From: an uncultured bacterium | Lineage (GTDB): Bacteria > Hydrothermota > UBA3073 > NMUJ01 > CBEVQO01 | Assembly: GCA_965552055.1 (NCBI GenBank) | Contig: CBEVQO010000004.1 | Coordinates: forward strand, 32,001 to 96,000 | Length of the DNA stretch: 64,000 nt | Reading direction: 5' to 3' | Shown here: in pieces, positions 40,210 to 49,478 of the stretch | Position numbering within the stretch: position 1 is the first letter of the stretch | How the letters are laid out: each line of letters opens with the position of its first letter | Position numbers and translations under genes: made by a program | The notes under the pieces: generated by a model | What the model saw: the letters and a program-made list of their open reading frames with translations, nothing else | Told to the model about the DNA's origin: nothing | The model's database searches: none

Positions 40210-42089
40210 TAGATATCGAGATTTACTGCAAACTGTGCGTTTTCTTCTATGAATTTGCGGCGTGGCTCAACTTTCTCGCCCATCAAAATAGAAAATAATC
40301 TATCTGCCTCTTCTGCATCTTCTATCGTCACCTTCTTTATAACTCTCTTTTTCGGGTTCATCGTGGTTTCAAATAATTCATCAGCATTCATTTCTCCCAA
40401 ACCTTTATATCTTTGGATCTCCACTTTTGTGTCTCCCAATCTTTTAAGCAAGCGCTTCAATTCTTCATCAGAATGCACATAGTAAACCTCTTTTTTGGTT
40501 TTAACTTTATAAAGAGGTGGTTGTGCTATAAACAATTTGCCTTTCTCAATGATGTCTCTACCATATCGATAGAAAAGAGTTAGTAAAAGCGTGCGTATGT
40601 GTGAGCCATCGATATCTGCATCTGTCATCAAAATTATTTTCCCATAGCGCAATTTGCCCGTGCCCATACCTGTAGCTGCCATTATCGCTTTTATCTCATC
40701 ATTTGAGAAAATTTTATCGGGTGATGCTTTCTCAACATTTAAAATTTTTCCTTTCAATGGTAATATCGCCTGATAGCGTCTGTCCCGTGCTTGCTTTGCA
40801 GAACCACCAGCTGACTCTCCTTCCACAATATATAACTCGGAGTGAGGAGAGCCCCTGTTTGAGCAATCAGCCAGTTTACCCGGTAAGCTTCCAAACTCTA
40901 TTTTTGCCTTTTTGCGCTCTACTTCGCGTGCTTTTTGAGCAGCAATCCTTGCCCTCGCAGCATTTATAACCCATTTTATTATCCTTTCAGATTCCCTTGG
41001 ATTTTCTTCAAAATATTTTGATAAATGTTGCCTTACAATACCTTCAACTATCCCCTTTACTTCACTGTTTCCCAATTTTGTCTTTGTCTGACCTTCAAAC
41101 TGTGGATTTGGCACTCTTACAGAAAGCACACAGGTCAAGCCTTCCCTTGCATCGTCACCTGTAATCTGGATATTTTTCTTTACAAGATTCATTTTCTTTG
41201 CAAAGTCATTTATCACTTTTGTTAATGCCGATTTAAATCCTATTAAATGTGTTCCGCCTTCTTCTGTATGAATGTTATTTGCATAGCAATAAATATCTTC
41301 GATGTAAGTTGTTGTATATTGCATCGCAAGTTCTAACTGTATGTTTTCCCTTTCATCTTTCACATAAATTATTTTGTGAATCGGGTCTCTACCTTCATTC
41401 AAATACTCAACAAATTCAACCACACCTCCATCATATTTAAAAGTTATAACTTTATCTTTCCTGCCTTCAATTTTGACATCTATTTTTATCCCTTTATTTA
41501 AAAATGCTAATTCCCTTGCTCTTGCCTGAATTATTACAGGGTCAAATTTTATCGTTCTTTTAAAGATTTCTTTATCGGGCAAAAATCTTATAAGTGTGCC
41601 TGTTTTAAATTCTGGTTTTTTGTTCAAAACTTTTAACTCGGTTTTTGGCTCTCCTCTTTCGTATCTCTGATAATAAACTTTTCCGTCTCTCATAACTTCT
41701 ACTTCGAGCCACTCAGATAGTGCATTCACAACGGATATTCCTACACCGTGCAATCCCCCAGCTACTTTATAAACTTTGTGGTCAAACTTTCCACCTGCAT
41801 GTAGTGTTGTTAAAACAACTTCAACTGCTGGACGCTTCTCTGTGGGATGGATATCAACCGGTATTCCTCTTCCGTTATCTAGCACGCTCACGCTTCCATC
41901 TTTGTGCAGTGTTATCCTTATGTAATCGCAGAAGCCAGCCATTGCCTCATCTATACTGTTATCAACTACTTCGAATACAAGATGATGCAAACCCCTTTTA
42001 TCGGTATCCCCTATATACATCGCTGGCCGCTTCCTTACTGCCTCAATATCTTTTAAAACCTGAATTTTCGATGCATCATATTTGCTCAT
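40209..42089 (-). CDS. gyrB: DNA gyrase subunit B
   Basis: EAVRKRPAMYIG, EVVDNSIDE, LHAGGKF, VEGESAGG, MTDADIDG, QRYKGLGEMN, terminal NLDI. Confidence 0.93.
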   Translation of the reverse strand: MSKYDASKIQVLKDIEAVRKRPAMYIGDTDKRGLHHLVFEVVDNSIDEAMAGFCDYIRITLHKDGSVSVLDNGRGIPVDIHPTEKRPAVEVVLTTLHAGGKFDHKVYKVAGGLHGVGISVVNALSEWLEVEVMRDGKVYYQRYERGEPKTELKVLNKKPEFKTGTLIRFLPDKEIFKRTIKFDPVIIQARARELAFLNKGIKIDVKIEGRKDKVITFKYDGGVVEFVEYLNEGRDPIHKIIYVKDERENIQLELAMQYTTTYIEDIYCYANNIHTEEGGTHLIGFKSALTKVINDFAKKMNLVKKNIQITGDDAREGLTCVLSVRVPNPQFEGQTKTKLGNSEVKGIVEGIVRQHLSKYFEENPRESERIIKWVINAARARIAAQKAREVERKKAKIEFGSLPGKLADCSNRGSPHSELYIVEGESAGGSAKQARDRRYQAILPLKGKILNVEKASPDKIFSNDEIKAIMAATGMGTGKLRYGKIILMTDADIDGSHIRTLLLTLFYRYGRDIIEKGKLFIAQPPLYKVKTKKEVYYVHSDEELKRLLKRLGDTKVEIQRYKGLGEMNADELFETTMNPKKRVIKKVTIEDAEEADRLFSILMGEKVEPRRKFIEENAQFAVNLDI

Positions 42090-42385
42090 AGCTTCCCCAC
42101 TTTAAATTTTATCCTTTTTATTGTGCTCTCCGGAAATTTTTCTTTTATCCTTTTCAAGAAATCTTCTTCATGCAATGTATAAGAATGAGCTAACAATGGG
42201 TCCGGCACTTTAACTATCAAAGTATCTTTTTTTATCTTTATAGGTTTTGTGCTTTTTACAATTATTTCATCAAAAATGTCTTTCCAGTGAATGATTACTT
42301 CACAATTTCTCATCTCTTTTAAAAGTTTATATTTTTTCAAAATTTTCTCCATTATCCCGGAAATATGTAAAGGTCTTTCTTTCAT
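42086..42385 (-). CDS. dciA: DciA/DUF721 family protein
   Basis: W..I....I...TKP......L.V pattern; directly upstream of gyrB. Confidence 0.75.
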   Translation of the reverse strand: MKERPLHISGIMEKILKKYKLLKEMRNCEVIIHWKDIFDEIIVKSTKPIKIKKDTLIVKVPDPLLAHSYTLHEEDFLKRIKEKFPESTIKRIKFKVGKL

Positions 42386-43593
42386 TTTGATAGGAGATAT
42401 AATCTCAATATATTTAACGCTTCCTGAGCTGCTTTTTCCTTAATCATCCTTCTATCACCTGAGAAGATGTATTTATATGCCTTTGAATAATCGGGTGTTG
42501 CTATTCCGATGTAAACCAGACCCACGGGTTTTGTAGGTGTAGCACCTGTTGGACCCGCTATCCCCGTAGTTGATAACCCAATATCTGCATCGGCAACTTT
42601 TTTAACACCTTCTGCCATCTCAATGGCTACCTGCTCACTAACAGCACCCCACTTCATTAAAGATTCTTCCCGCACTCCAAGGACCTTCATCTTCATCTCA
42701 TTACTGTAAGCAACCACACCTCCCATAAAATAGTTTGAACTGCCAGGAACATCTGTTATTCTATCTTTTATCAAACCTCCTGTGCACGATTCTGCCACTC
42801 CTATTTTCAAACCTCTTTCTTTCAAAAGTTTACCTATCACTTCTTCTAATTTTTGCTCATCTTCACCATAAATGTAATTTCCAAGTATTTCTTTAATCTT
42901 TTCCACCTTCTCATTTAACTCTTTTTCTGATATTGCACTCACTTTTATGTCTACACCTGTAAATTTAGGCAAATAAGCTAATCCCTCAAAATCCCGAAGC
43001 TTTTCCTGAATTTCTGATTCGGGTATTCCCGTTGTCCTTAAAATCTTTGAATAAATCTTTTTCTTGGGCTTTAATTTCTGGATTAAATATGTAAGCCCTT
43101 CTTTTTCGAACATGTTTTTCATTTCCTTTGGTACTCCTGGCATCATAATAACTATCTTTCCTTCTTTTTCTATTATTAAACCGGGTGCTGTACCCAGTTC
43201 GTTTTCCAATATTTTCGCTCCTTCAGGTATATATGCTTGAGACCTGTTAATATCGGGACATTTTAAACCTCTTTTTTCAAATCTTTCTTTAATCTTTTCG
43301 TAAATTTCATCTCTATAAATCAATTTCAATCCGAGATATTCTGTTATTGCTCCTTTTGTCAAATCGTCTTTTGTTGGTCCAAGTCCTCCTGTTGTCAGAA
43401 TTATTTTTATATCTTCATCTTTCATCAATTCCCGGAATGCCTTTTTTATTTCATTTTTATCATCGCCAACTGTTAATTTCTTTTTCACGATAAATCCTGC
43501 TTCGGTGAGTTTTTGACCGAGATATGCAGAATTTGTATCTACTGTTTTACCCGATAAAATTTCATCTCCAATTATGAGTAATCCTGCCTTCAT
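42382..43593 (-). CDS. cinA: CinA competence/damage-inducible protein (MocF + PncC domains)
   Basis: GDEILSG..VDTN, GGLGPT.DD, AESCTGG, GIAGP. Confidence 0.95.
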   Translation of the reverse strand: MKAGLLIIGDEILSGKTVDTNSAYLGQKLTEAGFIVKKKLTVGDDKNEIKKAFRELMKDEDIKIILTTGGLGPTKDDLTKGAITEYLGLKLIYRDEIYEKIKERFEKRGLKCPDINRSQAYIPEGAKILENELGTAPGLIIEKEGKIVIMMPGVPKEMKNMFEKEGLTYLIQKLKPKKKIYSKILRTTGIPESEIQEKLRDFEGLAYLPKFTGVDIKVSAISEKELNEKVEKIKEILGNYIYGEDEQKLEEVIGKLLKERGLKIGVAESCTGGLIKDRITDVPGSSNYFMGGVVAYSNEMKMKVLGVREESLMKWGAVSEQVAIEMAEGVKKVADADIGLSTTGIAGPTGATPTKPVGLVYIGIATPDYSKAYKYIFSGDRRMIKEKAAQEALNILRLYLLSK

Positions 43594-44354
43594 CAGTACG
43601 CTCCTTCCATGAAAAGCACAGCAGGTATTGTTTTTGCAAGTATTTTAAGATCAAGCCATATTGACATATTCGAAATGTAATAAAGGTCTAAAAAAGCCAT
43701 TTGATTAAATGGGCGCTTACTCCTTCCCATAACCTGCCATAGCCCTGTTATCCCTGGTTTCACAAGTAATCTCATCTTTTGCACATCTTCTGCCATCTTA
43801 TATTCATAATCGATTTGAGGGCGGGGTCCTACCAATGACATTTCTCCTTTTAATACATTAATCAACTGTGGTAATTCGTCAAGTGATGTTTTTCTCAAAA
43901 TTCTACCAAATCTTGTGACCCTTGGGTCTTCCTGCATCTTATAAACTTTACATTTATTTTCTCCTTTTATTAATTTTTCGACAAATTTCTTATGCAAATG
44001 ATGTGGCACTCCATTATACATCGTCCTGAATTTGAAAAATTTAAAGGGTCTACCAGATTTACCAAGACGCTTTTGCTTGAAAATAACAGGACCCTCTGAA
44101 TCAAACTTTATAAATATTGCAATGGGTATCCAGAAAGGAAGTGAAATTATTAAGATTATAAATGCAAGTATGTAATCCAGAATTTTCTTTAATCTGTATT
44201 CTACGGATTTTAATTTCTTAAATTTTATTCCTTCAGAATTTTCGAGCTCGGGAAAAGGTGTGGGACCTTTCACAATTACATCTTCTTTCTGCAAAGCTTT
44301 GTAAATTTCTTTTACAAATTCCAGGTCATTTCTATATTTTAATGCCACCGCCAT
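43593..44354 (-). CDS. Polyprenyl-phosphate sugar phosphotransferase (Bac_transf)
   Basis: KFRTM, DPRVT, SLDELPQL.NVLKGEMSLVGPRP, KPGITGLWQV. Confidence 0.92.
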   Translation of the reverse strand: MAVALKYRNDLEFVKEIYKALQKEDVIVKGPTPFPELENSEGIKFKKLKSVEYRLKKILDYILAFIILIISLPFWIPIAIFIKFDSEGPVIFKQKRLGKSGRPFKFFKFRTMYNGVPHHLHKKFVEKLIKGENKCKVYKMQEDPRVTRFGRILRKTSLDELPQLINVLKGEMSLVGPRPQIDYEYKMAEDVQKMRLLVKPGITGLWQVMGRSKRPFNQMAFLDLYYISNMSIWLDLKILAKTIPAVLFMEGAY

Positions 44355-45945
44355 CTGTTATGTAACCGAGATTTTTAAGCATTTCTTTTATACCTGCTTC
44401 TTCCTCTTTTGTGAATACCTTTTCTTCCTTAAATTCAGGTTTCAATCCATAATCTTTATATCTTACGGGATTTTTCTCTTTAAATTCCTGCGTGAAGGCG
44501 TCCAAAACCGGTTTGCCATCTATTCCTTCGGGAATGGGTGCGCCTGCTGCATACAGAAGCGTGGGCATAACATCCATTATCGTGATTTTTTCGAGAACCT
44601 TCCCCTCTTCTATAACACCAGGTTTATACGCTACAAAAATTCCATTAAGCCTGTGTTGCCCAGTATCTTCATAGGGAGAATTTTTAAATAACTCCTTCAC
44701 TCCTATTCCTATTTCTTCTGATTGCACATAAGAGTAATTTTTCATAATAAAAATTATATCGGGGGCTTCTTCAAGATAAGGACCCCAGTAAAGCTCTTCT
44801 TTGAAATAAACTTTATCTGTTACTTTTTCTCCTGTTTCCGGGTCTTTTATATTCAATAAAATCTCTTTTATTTTTTCTCTCAATTTTTTATAATCTTTGC
44901 CTTTTACTTTTTCTTTGTTTATAAAAATTTTTCCAAGATAACCTTCAGCATACGCGTATGTCCTTTTCCAATCTATATCCTGTGGTGATATGAAGGAATC
45001 GATTATATCCTGACGCTTTTTCTTCGGGATAAGCATCGCAAGATTCCCCAAACCAAGTTTATTTAAAAAACGATAAATTTTCATTATAATACCTGTATAC
45101 GCTATAAAAACTTTTATATTTGTCGTTAAATCATCTTTTAACTTTAACAAACCTTCTCTCATCAAAATTTGATTTATGTTTACTTCTTTTAAATATCTCC
45201 CTGCACCATGATCCGATACTATGAAGAAAAGGTCATCTTGATATTCGGTGAGAAGTTCACCCAGAAATTTATCTATTTCTTTATAAATTTGCAATATCGC
45301 ATCTTTATATTTTCCTCCTTCTTCCATTTCTTTCCAGAATTTATGTTGTGCAAAATCTGTTGTCATAAAAACAAAAAAGTTTATATCCTTTTTGTGATTC
45401 TTTAAAAGATATCTGATAATATTTTTGTGATTTTTTGTCATTTGAAGCAAATCTTTCAAAAACTTGTCTTCTGAACCTTTTCGAAAAACCTGCCGTGGTA
45501 TCACCTGATAATCACCGAATTTTGTTAAAATCTCGTGTTTTAATTCCTTTGGATAGGTAAAATCGGATTTCAAAGAAGGTGTTAACATTCCCGTTATCAT
45601 ATAGCCATTTATTTTTTGTGGCGGGAAAGAAAGTGGCACATTCATTATTCCACAGGTTATTCCTTCTTTTTCTGCATATTCCCACAATCTCGGTGCTTTT
45701 ATATCGAGTGAACTTAAATATTTACCTTTGTATCTCCAATCATAGACACCATGTTTCCCTGGGTTAACCCCTGTCAGCATCGAAGCCCATGCAGAAGGAC
45801 TTATGGGATGAATAACAGATTGCAATACTGCTCTCGCACCATTATCACAAAGGAATTTCAGATTAGGGAGAAAACCTTTTTCCATCCAGCCATCCAAGAA
45901 ATCAAAAGATGCACCATCAAGACCTATTACTATTATCTTTTGCAT
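44332..45945 (-). CDS. Alkaline phosphatase superfamily / type I phosphodiesterase
   Basis: IGLDGA, AW.S..TG.NPGKHG, D..QH, VSDHG, L..LGYI tail. Confidence 0.85.
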   Translation of the reverse strand: MQKIIVIGLDGASFDFLDGWMEKGFLPNLKFLCDNGARAVLQSVIHPISPSAWASMLTGVNPGKHGVYDWRYKGKYLSSLDIKAPRLWEYAEKEGITCGIMNVPLSFPPQKINGYMITGMLTPSLKSDFTYPKELKHEILTKFGDYQVIPRQVFRKGSEDKFLKDLLQMTKNHKNIIRYLLKNHKKDINFFVFMTTDFAQHKFWKEMEEGGKYKDAILQIYKEIDKFLGELLTEYQDDLFFIVSDHGAGRYLKEVNINQILMREGLLKLKDDLTTNIKVFIAYTGIIMKIYRFLNKLGLGNLAMLIPKKKRQDIIDSFISPQDIDWKRTYAYAEGYLGKIFINKEKVKGKDYKKLREKIKEILLNIKDPETGEKVTDKVYFKEELYWGPYLEEAPDIIFIMKNYSYVQSEEIGIGVKELFKNSPYEDTGQHRLNGIFVAYKPGVIEEGKVLEKITIMDVMPTLLYAAGAPIPEGIDGKPVLDAFTQEFKEKNPVRYKDYGLKPEFKEEKVFTKEEEAGIKEMLKNLGYITDGGGIKI

Positions 45946-46859
45946 TTTTTACGAATTAACTGCAATACCTTGAAAACACCGAAACACAATATTTCGCATA
46001 TAGTAATCCATATTCTCACAAAAATCGTAAAAGCAGAAGCCAAATAAGACGGGACTGCAAGAGCAAGGAACAAGGCAAAAAGCCCTTCCCTTACACCCAG
46101 ACCATCAGGCGTAATAACGCTTACAAGTCCACCAATCCATGATATGGCAAAGCCAGCACTCACAGTGAAGTAATCTGACCATTTACCTATACCGAAACTC
46201 AGCATTAATAACAGGATAGCGAATCCACGAAGCAACCAGAGACCAAAATACATAGCCGTTATCAAAAGCGTTCTCTTATAGCTGTAATCTATTTTCGGTA
46301 AATCTTTTTTCAAAATTTTTGACAATAAATTTATCCCTATTCTACCGATATTTGGATGAACTACCACAAGTATAACAGGTGCACTACACAATGCAATTAT
46401 TGACAAAACTCTATAAGTGCCTTTCAATTTTATTCCGGTTGAAATAAGAAAAAGTCCAAAAAGCAAAATACCAGAAAGACATGATAAAATAACTTCAAGA
46501 TAAAAGCTGTAAGAAGATTTTGTTTTACTGATACCATCTTTTGAAGTGAGATAAACTCTTGTTGCGAGCGTCCATACTCTTCCCGGTATATATTTGCTAA
46601 AATTAGAAAGTATCCATGCATTCATACCATTCCATGTATCGAGTTTTGAATTTAGAGAATGAAGTGTATAAACCCATACATTACTATTTATAAGCATTAC
46701 CGAAATCCAGGTAAGGGTCGCAAGAGCCAAAAGTAAGGGCTCAAATTTCCAGTGATATTGAGAAATTTTCTCCCAATTTTTATAAATGTGAAGACCTAAA
46801 AAGTAGAAAATCAGGAGACAAACTGCAATCGGCAATATTTTTTTCAGAATATCACGCAC
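45933..46859 (-). CDS. Lysylphosphatidylglycerol-synthase-TM / flippase-like membrane protein
   Basis: Multi-TM, KYIPGRVW, P.GLGVREG. Confidence 0.8.
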   Translation of the reverse strand: MRDILKKILPIAVCLLIFYFLGLHIYKNWEKISQYHWKFEPLLLALATLTWISVMLINSNVWVYTLHSLNSKLDTWNGMNAWILSNFSKYIPGRVWTLATRVYLTSKDGISKTKSSYSFYLEVILSCLSGILLFGLFLISTGIKLKGTYRVLSIIALCSAPVILVVVHPNIGRIGINLLSKILKKDLPKIDYSYKRTLLITAMYFGLWLLRGFAILLLMLSFGIGKWSDYFTVSAGFAISWIGGLVSVITPDGLGVREGLFALFLALAVPSYLASAFTIFVRIWITICEILCFGVFKVLQLIRKKCKR

Positions 46860-47205
46860 CTTCTACAAACTTTTTGCAAACAGTATAAACAAAATATCCC
46901 TTTTTCATGGCTTCCTGGACATTTTCTTCTGTAACTTCGGTATCTTTTATCCCTTCTATCACATCACAGATAACAGGTATATATTTATCAAAAGGTTCAT
47001 GGAAATACTCCTCAAATTTACGAAGAAGTTCAACAACATCTGCATTTTCGTCAGCAGGCAATGATACTGCATTGAAAACAGCAAGCACAGAATATTTCAT
47101 GGCATTTAGCAAATTTATTTTTACTGCCTCATAATTCATATTTTTTATTTCCTTCGTTGCTTCTTCGAGAAAGCCCTCTGCCCATAACATATAATCCTCT
47201 ACCAT
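46852..47205 (-). CDS. Acidic HEPN-fold-like protein lacking Rx4H
   Basis: A..FL.EA...I....YE.....L..A....VLA pattern; C-terminal TEE.VQEA helix. Confidence 0.5.
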   Translation of the reverse strand: MVEDYMLWAEGFLEEATKEIKNMNYEAVKINLLNAMKYSVLAVFNAVSLPADENADVVELLRKFEEYFHEPFDKYIPVICDVIEGIKDTEVTEENVQEAMKKGYFVYTVCKKFVEGA

Positions 47206-47657
47206 TATTTCTGATGCTCACAAGGTCCTTCATTCAAGTTTTTACCGCAAATAGGGCACAATCCCTTGCAATCGGGTTTGCAGAGCATCTTTATGGGTAT
47301 CGAAAGCAAAATAGTGTCTCTTACAATTTCCTCAAGGTCTATCTCGTCCCCGTAATATGGCACGGTATCTATTTCTTCCTGTGTTAATTCAAGTTCCCTG
47401 CGCTGAACAAAAAGCTCAGGAGGCACACAGGTAACATTTATCTCAGCTTCCATTTCTTTCTCAAATTCCTCTGCACATCTTGCACATATAAATCGACCTT
47501 TGAAACATACTTTTCCTGTTATATGGACTCGCTTTTTGGCTTTCATCAATACAATTTCGACTTGTGGTCTGTCTATCAAAAAGTCAGCAATTTCCTTTGA
47601 CAAAGTGAATTTCATCCTATTCTCGCCTTCTGCAAGCGAATGTACATTTATTCTCAA
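47205..47657 (-). CDS. yceD: YceD/DUF177 family protein
   Basis: CARC, IDL.....D.ILL..P...LC.PDCKGLCP.CG.NLN; TTG start after AGGAGG. Confidence 0.88.
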   Translation of the reverse strand: MRINVHSLAEGENRMKFTLSKEIADFLIDRPQVEIVLMKAKKRVHITGKVCFKGRFICARCAEEFEKEMEAEINVTCVPPELFVQRRELELTQEEIDTVPYYGDEIDLEEIVRDTILLSIPIKMLCKPDCKGLCPICGKNLNEGPCEHQK

Positions 47658-47659
47658 TC

Positions 47660-48313
47660 CTACCTCCTTTGTGGATAGCGACCACATGACTTCTCTTCGG
47701 GACAATAACCCAGATGCTCACAACGGGGCTTCAAAAAGGAACTTAAAAAGGGGTCAACTTCTCTAACTCTTTCTTTTATTTTTTCAAAGAGCTCTCTTAT
47801 CTCCCATTGTGCACGATTACATAATCTGAGAGACGAAGCATGTATCAACTCGCGCAAATTCATAGTCATAATTATATTTGTCTTAACAGCATGTGGTAAA
47901 ATAAAACGAGCATCTTCTTTTGGTATTCCTTCTTTTATCATCTCCTCATATAGTGAAAAACATTCTTCAACTATTTTTTTGAATTTTCCGAAAAATCTTT
48001 CATCTTTTTTAATGGTCTCCGGTATTATGTAATCTTCGGGCTTTGTATATCTCATTGATTGTTGAGAATAGCTTGCGATTCTGTGGCGAACAAGTTGATG
48101 TGAACATACTCTTGAAATCCCTCTTATTTCAAATGTAAAAGAAACATGCTCTGTGACAGACAGATGTCCCGATTTTATAACCTTGCTTATTAAATTTTCC
48201 ATCTCTTTTCTGCTTGTATTTTCATCAATTTTATTCTGGGAATAACATATTTTACATGCTTTATAAATTTTTGTAACAGGGTCAGGAGTGTAAGTTAACA
48301 ATTTTACTTCCAT
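47660..48313 (-). CDS. thyX: FAD-dependent thymidylate synthase
   Basis: GH.S..EH, RHRIASYSQQSMRY (RHRx7S), EDARFILP, AQWEIR. Confidence 0.95.
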   Translation of the reverse strand: MEVKLLTYTPDPVTKIYKACKICYSQNKIDENTSRKEMENLISKVIKSGHLSVTEHVSFTFEIRGISRVCSHQLVRHRIASYSQQSMRYTKPEDYIIPETIKKDERFFGKFKKIVEECFSLYEEMIKEGIPKEDARFILPHAVKTNIIMTMNLRELIHASSLRLCNRAQWEIRELFEKIKERVREVDPFLSSFLKPRCEHLGYCPEEKSCGRYPQRR

Positions 48314-48651
48314 CAGGGTTTTATCGCTTTTTCACCTCTTTCCCTTGTGCTAATTCTAACTGCCTCTTCGCAGTGATACACAAATATCTTGCCTGAACCC
48401 GTTTCTCTTGGTAAATTATCGAGCAGTAAATTTATCATATCTTCGAGTTTATCGTCCGGGATAACGAATTCCAGTTTCACATGTGGTAGTGTTCTAAATG
48501 CGCTTTTTGGCTTATATTCTGTAGAGCCCCTTTGTCTTCCACAGCCACGAACAGGACACTCAGTAACACCTGTAATCCAGTCACAATCTTTTAATGCATT
48601 CAATATTTTTTCAACTAAAAATGCCTTCGTTATTACTTCTACTTTTTTCAT
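48313..48651 (-). CDS. P-II family signal transduction protein (atypical)
   Basis: MKKVE.I, G.GRQ.G, GKIFV, AVRI.T.ERGE.AI. Confidence 0.88.
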   Translation of the reverse strand: MKKVEVITKAFLVEKILNALKDCDWITGVTECPVRGCGRQRGSTEYKPKSAFRTLPHVKLEFVIPDDKLEDMINLLLDNLPRETGSGKIFVYHCEEAVRISTRERGEKAIKP

Positions 48652-49382
48652 TGCTCACTCTCTATTTTAAAATCTACTTCTTTCTGATACTTACACCAGA
48701 AATAACCCTGACCTTCTCCTTCGATGTTGCCTTCAACAGTATGCCCAAGATAAGGACCCGTGACCGCCCTTAATGTGACTTTTCCTTCTCCTCCTTTTAA
48801 AGTCCCTGTATCCTCCAGAACATCTTTGAAAACAACATCACTTGAAAAAGTTATCGTAGTATCTTTAAGTACGAGTGATGTATCAAATTCACCTTTGCGG
48901 GTAGGGCCAAAACCAACCTGATAATTGTAATTTATCTTTACTTCGAGTTCATAGTAATCTGCACCTTTCGATTTATTCCATGTTATAACTAAATCTTCGT
49001 TTTTTCTTAAGGTCTCATCCGATAAGGGACTCAATATTTTATATTCCTCTGGCATCGCAACAACTGCACTCGCTTCCTTACCATAAGTTACTTTTAGAGA
49101 ATAAGTGTCTGCAAGACCAACTTTTTTACACCATTTTGTATAATAAGTAAATCCATCTTCTATCTTTGAATCGATCAAGTTAAGAGTATCTTTATTTACC
49201 GTGACAACAGGAACAAGTTCGGTTCCCCAGATTTCAACCGTTGCCTCACACTCCTGATTTTGATCAACTATGTACTTTAAAACAACACCTTCTATTTTGG
49301 GGACACCGAAGCTTATCTCCGTAATGCCCGTCTCCTTACAGCTCAATATTAAAAGACCCAATAGCCATAAATACTTCCTCAT
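48648..49382 (-). CDS. Hypothetical lipoprotein (Ig/FN3-like)
   Basis: Lipobox ILSC; ITWNKSKGADYY; strong RBS. Confidence 0.7.
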   Translation of the reverse strand: MRKYLWLLGLLILSCKETGITEISFGVPKIEGVVLKYIVDQNQECEATVEIWGTELVPVVTVNKDTLNLIDSKIEDGFTYYTKWCKKVGLADTYSLKVTYGKEASAVVAMPEEYKILSPLSDETLRKNEDLVITWNKSKGADYYELEVKINYNYQVGFGPTRKGEFDTSLVLKDTTITFSSDVVFKDVLEDTGTLKGGEGKVTLRAVTGPYLGHTVEGNIEGEGQGYFWCKYQKEVDFKIESEQ

Positions 49383-49400
49383 AACTCCCTCCTAATTTAA

Positions 49401-49427
49401 ATGATAAGAATTATAAGAGTTTGTCAA
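49401..49427 (-). promoter_or_regulatory. promoter TTGACA-N15-TATCAT
   Basis: Back-to-back with the rarA promoter. Confidence 0.65.
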
Positions 49428-49444
49428 CTTAAAATTCACAAAAC

Positions 49445-49472
49445 TTGACAAATAAAAATTTTAAAGTATAAT
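49445..49472 (+). promoter_or_regulatory. rarA promoter TTGACA-N16-TATAAT
   Basis: Perfect hexamers; ATG 6 nt downstream (49479). Confidence 0.7.
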
Positions 49473-49478
49473 TTGATG

